Assembly (NCBI RefSeq): GCF_964355755.1
Contig: NC_092670.1
Coordinates: 12,262,795 to 12,326,794, forward strand
Direction: 5' to 3'
Length of the DNA: 64,000 nucleotides
DNA from: Antedon mediterranea
Taxonomy: Eukaryota > Animalia > Echinodermata
Within the stretch, counting starts at the first letter, position 1, and each line of letters opens with the position of its first letter. Made by a program: the position numbers and the translations under genes. Shown here piece after piece: positions 26,401 through 37,618 of this stretch. The notes under the pieces are model-generated. The model worked only from the letters and a program-made list of their open reading frames with translations. It was not told where the DNA came from and did no database searches.

Positions 26401-29400
26401 AATTGTGTAATTATTTTTGTGGTGTGTGATGGGCAAAGGGTTAGTCTACAGTTAGGTATAAAAAAAAATGTAATTTGCATATTGATGACGTCATGTGACG
26501 TCATTACAGGTATTTTGGATTTCGTGTTTTTTATCGAATCAATGATAAAAACTATATTTTCTATAAGAAATTCTTATGGAATACGTTTTTCCAACTGGAT
26601 ATTGATAAAGATACGTATAACAAATAAAAATATTTAAAAAAATTGAATTATTTTTATTATTTTATAAAAATTATGCACAAATCAAAGTTTTGGGGCAAAA
26701 TCGTGAAAATAATGACATTTCCCAAAAATTCACTATAGTACATAACTAACTATTGTTTCAGAATTTTTTTTTTTTGCGTGTTGTGATAAACACAATGTTG
26801 CCCTATTGGGGCTGGTAAATTTTGGTTACTTTCAAAATGCCCGCCATTACGCTACTCAAAACAACTTTCCAAGATAGAATATTATTACATACTATTATAT
26901 ACACTATACTATATATAATATAACTATAGAGGGCGCATGATTTTCAAGACAATAATACAGCTATAGAGGGCCGTTTTTTTTGCTGGAAAATTTTTTTAAT
27001 GACTTGCAGAAATATTCAAGTTCATCGAACAAATATAGAGGGTGCTATATATTATAGGCAAATACGATTAAATCATTGTTTTGCCCATACCCGGTATTAC
27101 CGGGTATACGCACTTCAACGACGTTTGTTTATACCCGGTAGTACCGGGTATACGCAGTGAAAGGGTTAAGAGCCTTTGGTAAAAGTCTCTGAGAGCCATG
27201 TAACAAAATTTGAATATTATGTATTATTTGTTTTTTTTCATTTTATAAGCTGTTGTTCTCCTCAAATTTCCACTTTCCTTTCATTTTTTGTTAAGGTAAT
27301 TTTATTGAATTTATCTCTCATTGTGATAAGTGGAAATAAAATTTGAAATCAAATAAACAGTAATAAGATTGTACCTTTCGTTGCAGTTCTTTCATTCCAT
27401 AATTTCCTTTCAACTTTTCAAACAATTGACATAATTGTTCATTTTTCTTCAAAAGCAATTCTTTGTTTGATACTTTGGATGCATAAACTACAATTTTTAG
27501 CTTTCGCAGTGGTAGGCCAGCCTTCATCCAGTTTACAGCTGCCTCTACCATACCATTCATCATACTTTTCTCATTATGTCCCTGCAAGGAAAACAAAATA
27601 ATAGGCTAGTAATCTACATACATAAATTTTACCTTTGATTAGTTCAAACATAATTGTTACAGCATCCATTTTATTTCTGTAGCAGAAATCTCACTGGACT
27701 TTTTTTTATTAAGACTGGTAAACTACAGTCTGAAAAACTTACTGAGTTGTGTGGCAAGTTTCACCACTTGTGCAAACATGACCCTTTCTGAGCCACATTC
27801 ACAGAAATCCTTGCTTCTCATATATGGACAATGGTAAGATTTAATTTTTAAGATTTAAATCTCTACTAGATTAATTCCAATGCGAATTGGCCAAAATGAA
27901 ATAATGGCCAATCTTACTATATGCTATTCTACTGGCCCAACTATTGACATTATAGAAAGTTAAATAAAATGTGCAAATCCTTTTTTTTTAATTAGTCTAG
28001 AAGATCAAAAAACTGGTGCCAATTTCAGTACTATTTTACAAAATGGCACAATTTTTTTTTTTTAAATACAGTAGTTCAACACTGCACTATTCTACTTGAT
28101 GGTTTACCTGAGAACCTGTGTTGAGTAACGGTGTAATCACCGATCCATCTTGATTTTTCAATATAGGAATCAAACAACGAAATACATCTCCAACAAGTTC
28201 TTGCGGCCTAGAAAAACCAGTGCTGAAAGAAGAAATTTGTATTAATAACCCAAGTGTATAATTAGTGTCATTGCTAACCGTAACAGAAAATGATATCACA
28301 GTAGGTACAGTAGATAATTTTGGCATACTGTACCTATATTTGAGCTCAAAACGCCCGCTGGTGACATTACAGAAACAATATGTAGCAATTCTATTGGTAC
28401 ACAAACTCTATCCGATTACAGAATTTATTTTATTTTGAAACTTTTGTATCACTGAATTTGAAATGAAAATTTTAAATCAAAAACATGTCTAAGGTTGGTT
28501 TCCACTTGGACTCAATGCAAGGAAATACATGCAAGTGTAATTTGACCAATCAAAAGTCACAGTTCTGATGATTTGTTGGATTCTAGTGTAAAACCCACCT
28601 TTAAGATCGCACATTCTTTCCTACTCTTTCAAGTCAATTTATAAAAAATAGGGAGTTTGACCATAAAATTACCATAATAATTATCACCACTGAACTTACT
28701 GTTTAGCTTCAAAGCACATAAGTCTTTTGAATGGCAGGTGCTCTGGAAGCTTTTGAGACCACCAGCAATGATGAACATCCCGTAGATCTTCAGCTTTATC
28801 CGCAGCAAGTTTGAAGACATCGATTCCAAGATCTCGCTTTAAAGCTCCAATCAGAGATCCTGCTGTTGGCATATAGTTACCTAGAAAATAGAAACTTCAA
28901 TTAAGCAACACTTGGATAGTAAGTATGTTTATTGTGCTTTTTTCTCTATTGGCGTTAAATTGTAGTCTATCAGAGTTACATTGCAGTCTAACCTTTTCTG
29001 CGAAAAATTACATTTCAGATACCAACTATTTTAATCCCTGGAGTGAAAGGGATGCTGTTTCTATAGTTTGTCTGCTGTTTACTCTACATTCTAAAACCTA
29101 CAGTATTTGAGCTAGTTATGCACTTGCCAATTGTATGATCCACTATATGACCCTCGGGATAGGTGCGTCATGGATGCATCATTTACAAATAATTATTGGT
29201 AGGGGTGCGTCACTAAACCTAAATGGTGAGTCACATTAATGAATAATGGTTGTCAATGTCCGTCACTTTACCATCCACCAATCATAAACAGCATGGTCAC
29301 AGTGTGTCAATATGGGTGCGTCATGGTCACCTAAAGGAAAGTCAAATTTTTGTGCGTCATGGTATTCATAAGGAATGATGCACATCGGACAAATGACGTA

Positions 29401-30103
29401 CCTCTACTGGGGGTCGTATAGTGGGTCATACAATTGACATGCATTACTGTACATCAGATGTATATTTAATTTCTTTTTATTTCGGAAATATCATCCATAT
29501 AAATAAACTTATAAACAGAAAAAGAACAATTGTACAATGTACAGTACTGTACATCTTAAACCCATTTGAGGATTTCCTTAGGTATAAGATAGTTAACTGA
29601 TTGCATGGTTAATACTTGGATATTATTCAAATCAGCTGAACACTGTTCAATGGACAATTGTACTGTGTGAACACACCTTTAGTAACAAAATACCCGACAT
29701 ATTCAACCAGTACAACGTCACAAACAAATCAATTCATTTAAACTGTGATTCAGTATGGCATAGAAATGGTAGTAAAACTGCTCAGGGAATAATTTCGCCA
29801 GTAGCATAGAACAACCTTATTGCTACACATTTCTAAAACTGTGTAGCAAAAAATACAATACAAAACTATGTTTCTCGACTAAAAAATCAGTTTGATTAGC
29901 AATAATATTGCTTTAAAAAAATGGTAGAATTGAATTTATCCCTGCTGATGCATGGCATACTAACCTCGAAAGGCTGATGCCACAACAACATCAACTTTAT
30001 CTTTCACAGGTAGTTTAACAATGTCACCGAAACATAGCTCAATATCGCAGCCACCTAATTGAGTCACCACATGGATAACATCCACTACAATGAGGCCTGC
30101 CAT
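20491..30103 (-). CDS. Macro-like domain + three TIR domain protein with C-terminal CaaX-like motif, 1012 aa, 14 coding exons: 30103-29965, 28880-28700, 28222-28108, 27581-27375, 25863-25668, 25285-25123, 24830-24607, 23991-23855, 23733-23545, 23240-22201, 21629-21495, 21398-21297, 20862-20805, 20643-20491
   Basis: All introns are GT-AG and phases match across all 13 junctions (3039 nt, no internal stop). Macro-like motifs: IELCFGDIVKL..KVDVVVASAF and SVITPLLNTGSQG...LRKLKIVVY. TIR box-1 motifs: YDVYLS, YDVFISYSHRN, YDIAVSC. alphaC motifs: SVSCMEQYNMAL, SPVCQEEFNLSL, SPPHMEELNIAL. Ends SKCDVL*. The last three exons are less certain than the domain-coding ones. Confidence 0.85.
21661..21798. 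mobile_element. PIF/Harbinger-like MITE in intron
   Basis: AGCTCTGTTTACACTATCAAA / TTTGATAGTGTAGACAGAGCT inverted termini flanked by TAA/TTA. Confidence 0.65.
26301..27165. mobile_element. Non-autonomous piggyBac-like element in intron
   Basis: TTAA|CCCTTTCACTGCG ... CGCAGTGAAAGGG|TTAA, with two subterminal palindromes ATACCCGGTA.TACCGGGTAT. Confidence 0.88.
29125..29439. mobile_element. MITE with ~30-bp imperfect TIRs
   Basis: TGCCAATTGTATGATCCACTATATGACCC vs GGGTCGTATAGTGGGTCATACAATTGACA. Confidence 0.6.
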
Positions 30104-31343
30104 GTTTGGGATTTTCTGCTTCAAGTCTTAATATTTGTATCAGTCTGTATCTGTGTACTGTTGCATCTATAGAAAAGCAATTTTAATATATATCAATGTT
30201 AATATCAATCAATCTGAAAAACACATTATTATACTGTAATCAAATAAATAAAATTTGTATCAAAATGCTGTTTAAAATCCTCTGAAAATACCATGTTATT
30301 TCTGTTAGTTACACTTCCCTGCACAGCATTGGTTGTTTGTCATCGATCAAAGATGTCTTCCGTTTCGTGAAAAAGCTGTATGGTATTTAATATGTATGCA
30401 AAAATTAATTCACAAAAAAAAAAACTGTACTGTACTATATATTATAATTATTATGGCTCTCCGTCCGCACAGATAGGTCTACTACAAGTAGTACTCGAGC
30501 ATGTAGGCATTCTCTCGACGTTCCTTAGAACGTTGTTTTGTGACAACAATTTTTTTTTAAATGTGCCACTTTTTAGTCTTTATCAATACTAGGCTATACT
30601 GCAAGTCACAGACATTCTCTCACTCACTAGCTACCCTATGATATATAGCCTATAGGCTAGTACCCTAGTCTAGTACACAGTAGGGTAGGGCCATCCGGGA
30701 TGCCTATAGCCTATCGCTCCCTTCTTGCTTGGGCCTCTCTATCTAGGGGCTATGCCAAAACCATGGGATCCAGTCAAGTCACCCCATACAAAGTCGCCCA
30801 ATACAATGTCACCCAACCCATAGAGATATTATAGTGATATAATATCTCTCTCTATCTAGGCCTAGGCCTATGCCCAATCGCAAAGTCGCCCTGGCACAGT
30901 CGCAACCCCCCTCCGCCCATCACCCACAAAGTCGCCCCACCGGAAAGAAAAGTCTCCCCAACGCAAAGCTCCTACTAGTAACTAGGCCCCCTCTAGCTTG
31001 GAACTCCTGGCCTAGCTAGGCCCTACTAGGCTAGCCAGGCCCTGGCCTAGCTAGCTAGCCCTACAACTAGCCTAGGCCCAGAGCTAGCTAGGGCTAAGAA
31101 GGTAAGCCTCTATCTATACTAGCTAGCCTACCTAGCTAGGCCACTCGCTTAGGCCTAGTAGGCTAGCAGTATAATCAACATTATTTTAACTAAGGATCAC
31201 CGTTTACTTAAATACTGAATAAAGGCATATATAGATCTATCATAGAGTAATAGATAGATCTACACAAAATCACCTTATTATAATTATCACCGCATGACCT
31301 ACAGCCGCCCAGCAATTGTCTTTTCAGGTTTTGTTGGTCATCT

Positions 31344-32160
31344 CACAAGAAGAATGAGTATTCCGCGATTTTCCCTGTAACAGTAATATTGTCCATGTGG
31401 TAGGGCGCCGCCATAAGTGTGGATGTATCTGGGATGTATACAACTTTTTGTGACGGTTTCACTAATCAAAGGCTGGACCACCGGTAGTATTTTCATGATA
31501 AAAAATGTTATCAACTACATGCCAACATCATGTTAAATAATATTTGGATATTTAATTGTTCGTTTTATGCAATTTATTTAGTAAAACTGCCGTTATAAAC
31601 AGTTTGCTTTATCAACCGGGCGCTACGATAGCGTGACCGGGCGTGTTGGTGTTTACGCGTTTTCACAAAGGATAGTTTAATAATATTCCTATATTTAACT
31701 TGTTTCTGGTAAAACAAATAAATGTTAATGACATTTAACATTTTGTCCTATTAATAACATGTATTTTATACTAATTTATACTGTATCATAAAAACAATAC
31801 TTAATTTACCGGGCGTAGAGTAGTACACGGCAATGGTAAAGAATAGGCCGTGCTGAGTAACGATTCGTTGATTTTTGGTGTTGCTGTGTTAGGCCTTTTT
31901 TGTGAACTAACTCAGCATGTTAGTAAATAATTGTCTGTAAAAGTGAATGTACACTAGTTTGTTAATAAATATGTATTATAAAATAGTTTACAATTGCAAA
32001 AACTATTATCATAATTCTATTTAATGTGACATGTATAATATCTATTAAATCAAGTCTTATTTAGTATGTATACATCCGCCCTTATGAGGGCGGCCATCAC
32101 TCACTGGAGCTCTCTGTTACAAATTTCTCATGCAAAAATCGCGGAATACTCATTCTTGTG
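31344..32160. mobile_element. Non-autonomous TIR element with CAC...GTG termini (Chapaev/Transib-like), upstream of the Macro-TIR gene
   Basis: CACAAGA(AGA)ATGAGTATTCCGCGATTTT vs AAAATCGCGGAATACTCATTCTTGTG; TSD unclear (ATCT/ATAT). Confidence 0.65.
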
Positions 32161-34015
32161 ATATATATTCTTTGTTATGACTTATTTGTCATACACACCG
32201 CGCCATGCTTTTTTGTTTCGTTTTGGAAAACTATGGGGCGCCTTTTATTCCCGCAGTTTATTATACTAAAGGAAAGAAGCTGTTCACACGGTGGCTTGTA
32301 AATTACAAAAACACCTTTTTAATTTACAGAAATCACGACAAAAACAAGAAAAAACACACAAGCACACACACACTAACAAACAAACCCCCCAAAACATGAT
32401 TTCAATCTTTTTGGTGAAGTTGTATTATGAACCTAGAACGTTAATTGCACACACTGCTGCTGCGAGATAGCGGGATTCTTCAAGGAGATTTTGTTATTCA
32501 CAAGTTTATGTCGCAAATTGTTTTCAATGTCACACATTCTGTTTACTCTGATAAAAAGTGTTATACTGTAATAATACTATGTCGATAAATAACTATATTG
32601 CTATAGATTTAAAAAGTTATTATGATTTATTGGTGTAGGCTACGCGTGGAGGAGAACAATTATTGAGGCACTCAAAAACTTACAAAACTATAACAATTAG
32701 GCCTATAGTCCAGGCATAATGGTTCTATTAATATTAAAATTTCCGCAAAAAAAGCATCCAAGCTTAATTCCTTCCTTTCACCTCTTGTATAATTCTCTAT
32801 TTTTAAAAACAAAGCTATGCTCGTATCCTTCTCCATCTTCCTCCTTCTACTAATTTAACTTCTTTTCACTTCACCATTGTTAATACTCTTTCTTCAGATT
32901 TCGATATCAACTTGGCTGTATTACTTTTAAAGCTCTCCATATTATTCTTGCTCCTCAATCTCCCAGTTATTTGCTAAGATCACATCTAATGGCCGCATGG
33001 GCACACGGCAGATCACTAACGGTAATCTCCTTATACCCAGACTTTACTTGGAACTTTTCAAACAGTCCAATTTTTTAAAATTCTCTTCCTTTTGATATCC
33101 GACTTCATCTTACTCTTCCTTCAAATTTCTACTCAAGAACCATCTTCTTGTTTAGTTGCTTCCTTTTTCCTATCGTTTCTTCTGAGAGGCCAATTTAATT
33201 TAATTTATTTAATTTTTTATTCTAAATTGTTTGTGCTTTATTTTATCTTTTAAATTATATTTATTTTAATTTAATTGTTATTGTTACATGTTTATGTCTC
33301 TCGTCATGATGTATTTCTGTGAGGGTCCCTAATGATCAGCTTCAGCTGGATGGACCACCCTCGTAAAATATTGTTTAAATATTTTTTTTTTTAATGGATC
33401 ACCAGTAAGCCCACTAACTAGAGAACCACCGTAAAAAAGTTTGAAACCATTAAATGAAATGGCATGTGTTATACACAGCCAAACAGATCATTTATCATTC
33501 TTGTACAGGAATTAGATACCGACTTTTAAAAAAAAACATTATTCTTACATAACAGTTAAACATCTTATATAATTCTTGTAATAAACTATTGCTCATAACA
33601 AAAATATAGCGTAGTAAAATACATGTTGTGGCTTAGTTTCCATTAAGCTAAGTACCATCACAATACTGTTTTTATTTTATTGTTCGAACGGTGAATAATA
33701 ATGTTAACAATTGCTAGTTTTAAAAATGGTATATGTGAGAAGCATTTATGTAGCGGGGTAATTATGTAAGTATAAACTATAGCAATTATTGTCCAGGCAT
33801 TTATGGTTACAACTTTGCAAATAAATCACCCTAGAATTTGATCCTCGCACACTATCATGATGATTGGTTGTTATTGAATGAAACAGTACCTGTCGTCAGA
33901 TGAAAAATAGCGTATAGTTTGTTTTTTTGTGGTGTAATCAACCACATTTATTCGTTCATCATAATTATTACAAATAAATATTAACATTCTTTTTTTTTCA
34001 TTTATTATTACTATA

Positions 34016-34208
34016 TTGGTTGGTTTTTTTTCTGCCGTTTTTCGTCAGTACAATCGGTACATTCTATACTATTGTAAGTTGTTTGCAAGTCTGTTCGAAA
34101 AAAAAACGTATTGCTGGTCGGATAGCCGGCCCGAAAGATCGTGTTTGTCGATACCTCAGGATGCGACGGTCAGCTACTACTTCAAACGCCTGCATTTCTT
34201 TGCATTGA
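34016..34208 (+). pseudogene. Decayed paralog of the signal peptide-PAN/Apple exon
   Basis: Alignable to 44485-44750 with deletions and frameshifts (FFLPFFVSTIGTFYTI|VSCLQVCSKK). Confidence 0.8.
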
Positions 34209-34948
34209 AAATCAAATCAAGTCAAATATTCTTTATTCATCAAACATAAAACATTGTGAAATACAACAATAATGAATACATAATATATATAAAGATGAAA
34301 AGGAAACACATAAAAACTCAAAAGAGCTTGGAAAGTTGTGTCCTCCTACATCCCTAACTAGCCTAAAAACTAATACTTAAATAATAATAAGAAGAAGATG
34401 AGTGTGAAAGCGTTCAATTATCTTCTAAACTATAATACTTTTTTTTTAATATCTGGTGGTTCGGCAGAATAATTTGTAATAGCTCAAAAGGAAAGTGAAA
34501 AAACACACCCGAAAACGTAATATTTAAGTTATTGCCTAGTCGTCTAGTTTCCATTAAGCTAAGCGCTTTACTGTTTTATTTATTGTTCGAACGTCGTATG
34601 ACGGGGTCCGATGACCCGTCTCGTCGGGTAAAAATTAAACATGATTAAAGTTCCCGCGACGACATAAAAACTACACCATTTTAGGACGACTCGTCTTGTC
34701 GGGATTCAACTCGGACAGCACAGACGAGTCACTACGTTTCGTCGGGCCTCACCGTACGACGCTGTCTGAGTTGGTCTTTATATTAACAATTGCTAATTAA
34801 AAAATGAGTATATTTGAGAAGCATGTTGGTAGCGAAATAGAGTATTAATTAGCGCACTCACTCAAAAACTTGAAAAAACAATGCCATATAGATGGCTGCA
34901 GTCGCGTGCTCATTAGTGTTTACCGACGACCGACCGACCAACCTAGCA

Positions 34949-36585
34949 ACTGACCGAAATTACTGAACATGTTTAAAAATGTTGAAATGTTTAAAAACAT
35001 TTATATTTTTTTAATTTACACGTGCGTAGCCTGTCACTTTTGACGTGCTCGTATAACGTAATTTCGAGTTGAAAAGTAAGTCAAGAAAACAGAAATCGGG
35101 CAAAAAGAGTGCGCAATAACATTTAACGCGCAGTGCGCGCGCAAATATCTGCGCACTCATGGCAATTTTGTAAACGCCTAAAATTGCCTGAACCGTACTC
35201 TTATTTCATCGAAAATAAATTTTGAAAATTTTAAGCGAGCGTACTCATGCGTTACATTAGCTACGCACGTAATTGTATTGCCATATGATGATTTATGCCC
35301 TGAAATTTATGAGTACCAAATTTTATTTAATTGTGATTCATGGTTGTGAAGACGTGATTTCGTTAAATCGTGCGTAGACCGCGTAATTTTTTATTGCGCA
35401 CCGTGAAAACATATAACCACATCGATTCCTGGCCATAAAGAATATACTGTGAAAAATTGACTTAGCTAGATTAAACTGATATCAAGATAAGGTCAGAAAG
35501 TGATAAAACGCATAGTGATACCGGACCGACAGACAGACAGACCGACAGACCGACCGACCGACATAGTGAACTATAGAGTTGCGTCCACGCGACTAAAAAT
35601 GGGTTTCAGGCAATTATGGTTCTATTATTATAATGTACAACCACGTATTAAACTACAACTGATTTAAGAAACTCATACAGGACGTAAGTTTAACAGACTA
35701 AAACGTAAAACTCTCGCAGATTTTGTTCACTCTCGCAGATTTTGTTCACTCTCACAAATTTTTAGTCGCGTGGAAGCGACTCTATAGTTCACTATGTCGG
35801 TCGGTCGGTCTGTCTGGCTGTCTGTCTGTCGGTCTGTCGGTCTGTCTGTCGGTCTGTCTGTCTGTCTGTCTGTCGGTCCGGTATCACTATGCGTTTTATC
35901 GCTTTATGACCTTATCTTGATATCAGTTTAATCTAGCTAAGTCAATTTTTCACAGAATATTCCTTATGGCCAGGAATCGATGTGGTTATGTTTTCACGGT
36001 GCGCAATAAAAAATTACGCGGTCTACGCACGATTTAACGAAATCACGTTTGTAATCATATCTTAACAACCATGAATCACAATTAAATAAAATTTGGTACT
36101 CATAAATTTCAGGGCATAAATCATCATATGGCAATACAATTACGTGCGTAGCGCATGTAACGCATGCGTACGCGCGCTTAAAATTTTCAAAATTTATTTT
36201 CGATGAAATAAGAGTACGTTTCAGGCAATTTTAAGCGTTTAAAAAATTGCCATGAGTGCGCAGATTTTTGCGCGCGCAGTGCGCGTTAAATGTTATTGCG
36301 CACTCTTTTTGCCCGATTTCTGTTTTCTTGACTTACTTTTCAACTCGAAATTACGTTATACGAGCACGTCAAAAGTGACAGGCTACGCACGTGTAAATTA
36401 AAAATATATAAATGTTTTTAAACATTTCAACATTTTTAAACATGTTCAGTAATTTCGGTCAGTATAGTTCACTATGTCGGTCGGTCCGTCTGTCTGTCGG
36501 TCTGTCTGTCTGTAGGTCTGTTTGTCTTTCGGTCCGGTATCACTATGCATTGTAGCACGCGACTTAATGGCTGTTGGCCTTGTTT
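34949..36585. mobile_element. Two inverted copies (~34949-35600 and 35759-36585) of a microsatellite-bearing HINE/pearl-like non-autonomous element
   Basis: ~650 bp of near-identical reverse-complement sequence, (GACA/GACC)n tracts, termini TTTTAGTCGCGTGGA.GCGACTCTATA and GCACGCGACT..TGGCTGTTGGCCTTGTT. Short relatives at 44759-44853 and 45740-45882. Confidence 0.7.
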
Positions 36586-37618
36586 TCACTCTCGCAGATT
36601 TTTTTCAATGTTGCATATTTTATTCACTCCCGCCGATGTTGTTCACTCTCACTAATTTTGTTTACTCTTCGTGCAGATTTTGTTAACTCTCGCAAATTTT
36701 TTTCACGCTTGCTGATTTTGTTTACTCCAGCAGATATTGTTCCTACTTGAAGATTTTATATTTTTTATTAAATTTACGAAATTATGCGCATGTCACAGAA
36801 CAATAATGTCACAATGGACATTTGGTAATTTTTGTTTGTGCATGTTCACTCCACTAACATTGTTGAATAATCGGGTCCGTTTGATTGTTTAGTGTGACAT
36901 GCGCAGCGTGATGTGATTATGCGCAAATGATATCACTATGAGCATTTTGTAATGGTTTATCAATCATTTTTAATCAAAAAATGATGTTTTACTCAAAAAA
37001 TAAGTAATTCAAAACTATTATATTTTTTTTAAACTGACATAATATGTGAGTTGTACACTACATGATTCAATCACTTTTTTATGGTTTCTTGGTTTAATTA
37101 GCAATACCCCATTTGAATGGTGTTCTTTGTGCACGCGGTTAGTATATCAGATGTATTATACTTCCATCCAGATATGAAAAATAGCATCAGTAGACCATTT
37201 ATACCTGATATTGAATACAGGTTTTCAAAAGACGTGGCTTATTCTTAATTTACTAATGTATTTAAAATGTTAGATAATTGTTGTAATAGAACTTTTGTTC
37301 ATAACAAAAAATATAGCATAGTAAAAATAATTGTTAAGTAGTCTTACTTTACTTTTTTAGTATATTATTGTTCGAAATATTAACAATTGGATATTTGTTG
37401 TTATTTTATTGTGGAAGAAATAAATGTTGATTTGAATTGAATGTATTGTTAGCGAGGGGAGATTAATATTGTCGCCGCACTCAAATACTTATTTTCACTA
37501 ATGGTTGGTATTAGATGGAACATTTTACCTGCCGTTGATGAAAAATAGATAATAGTTTATAAATGTAAGGCAACAGAGTTCGAGGCTAATTTTGATGCAG
37601 ACTTCCTAAAACGTCAGA

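Noticed and set aside
20491-30103. Bacterial contaminant or very recent HGT origin of the Macro-TIR gene
   Set aside because: It has 13 canonical spliceosomal introns containing host MITEs and host-like composition; only ancient sharing or transfer remains possible
31344-32160. ProtoRAG/RSS-like element
   Set aside because: The termini start with CAC but lack a CACAGTG/CACTATG heptamer-nonamer arrangement and a clear 5-bp TSD; no RAG-like coding remnant
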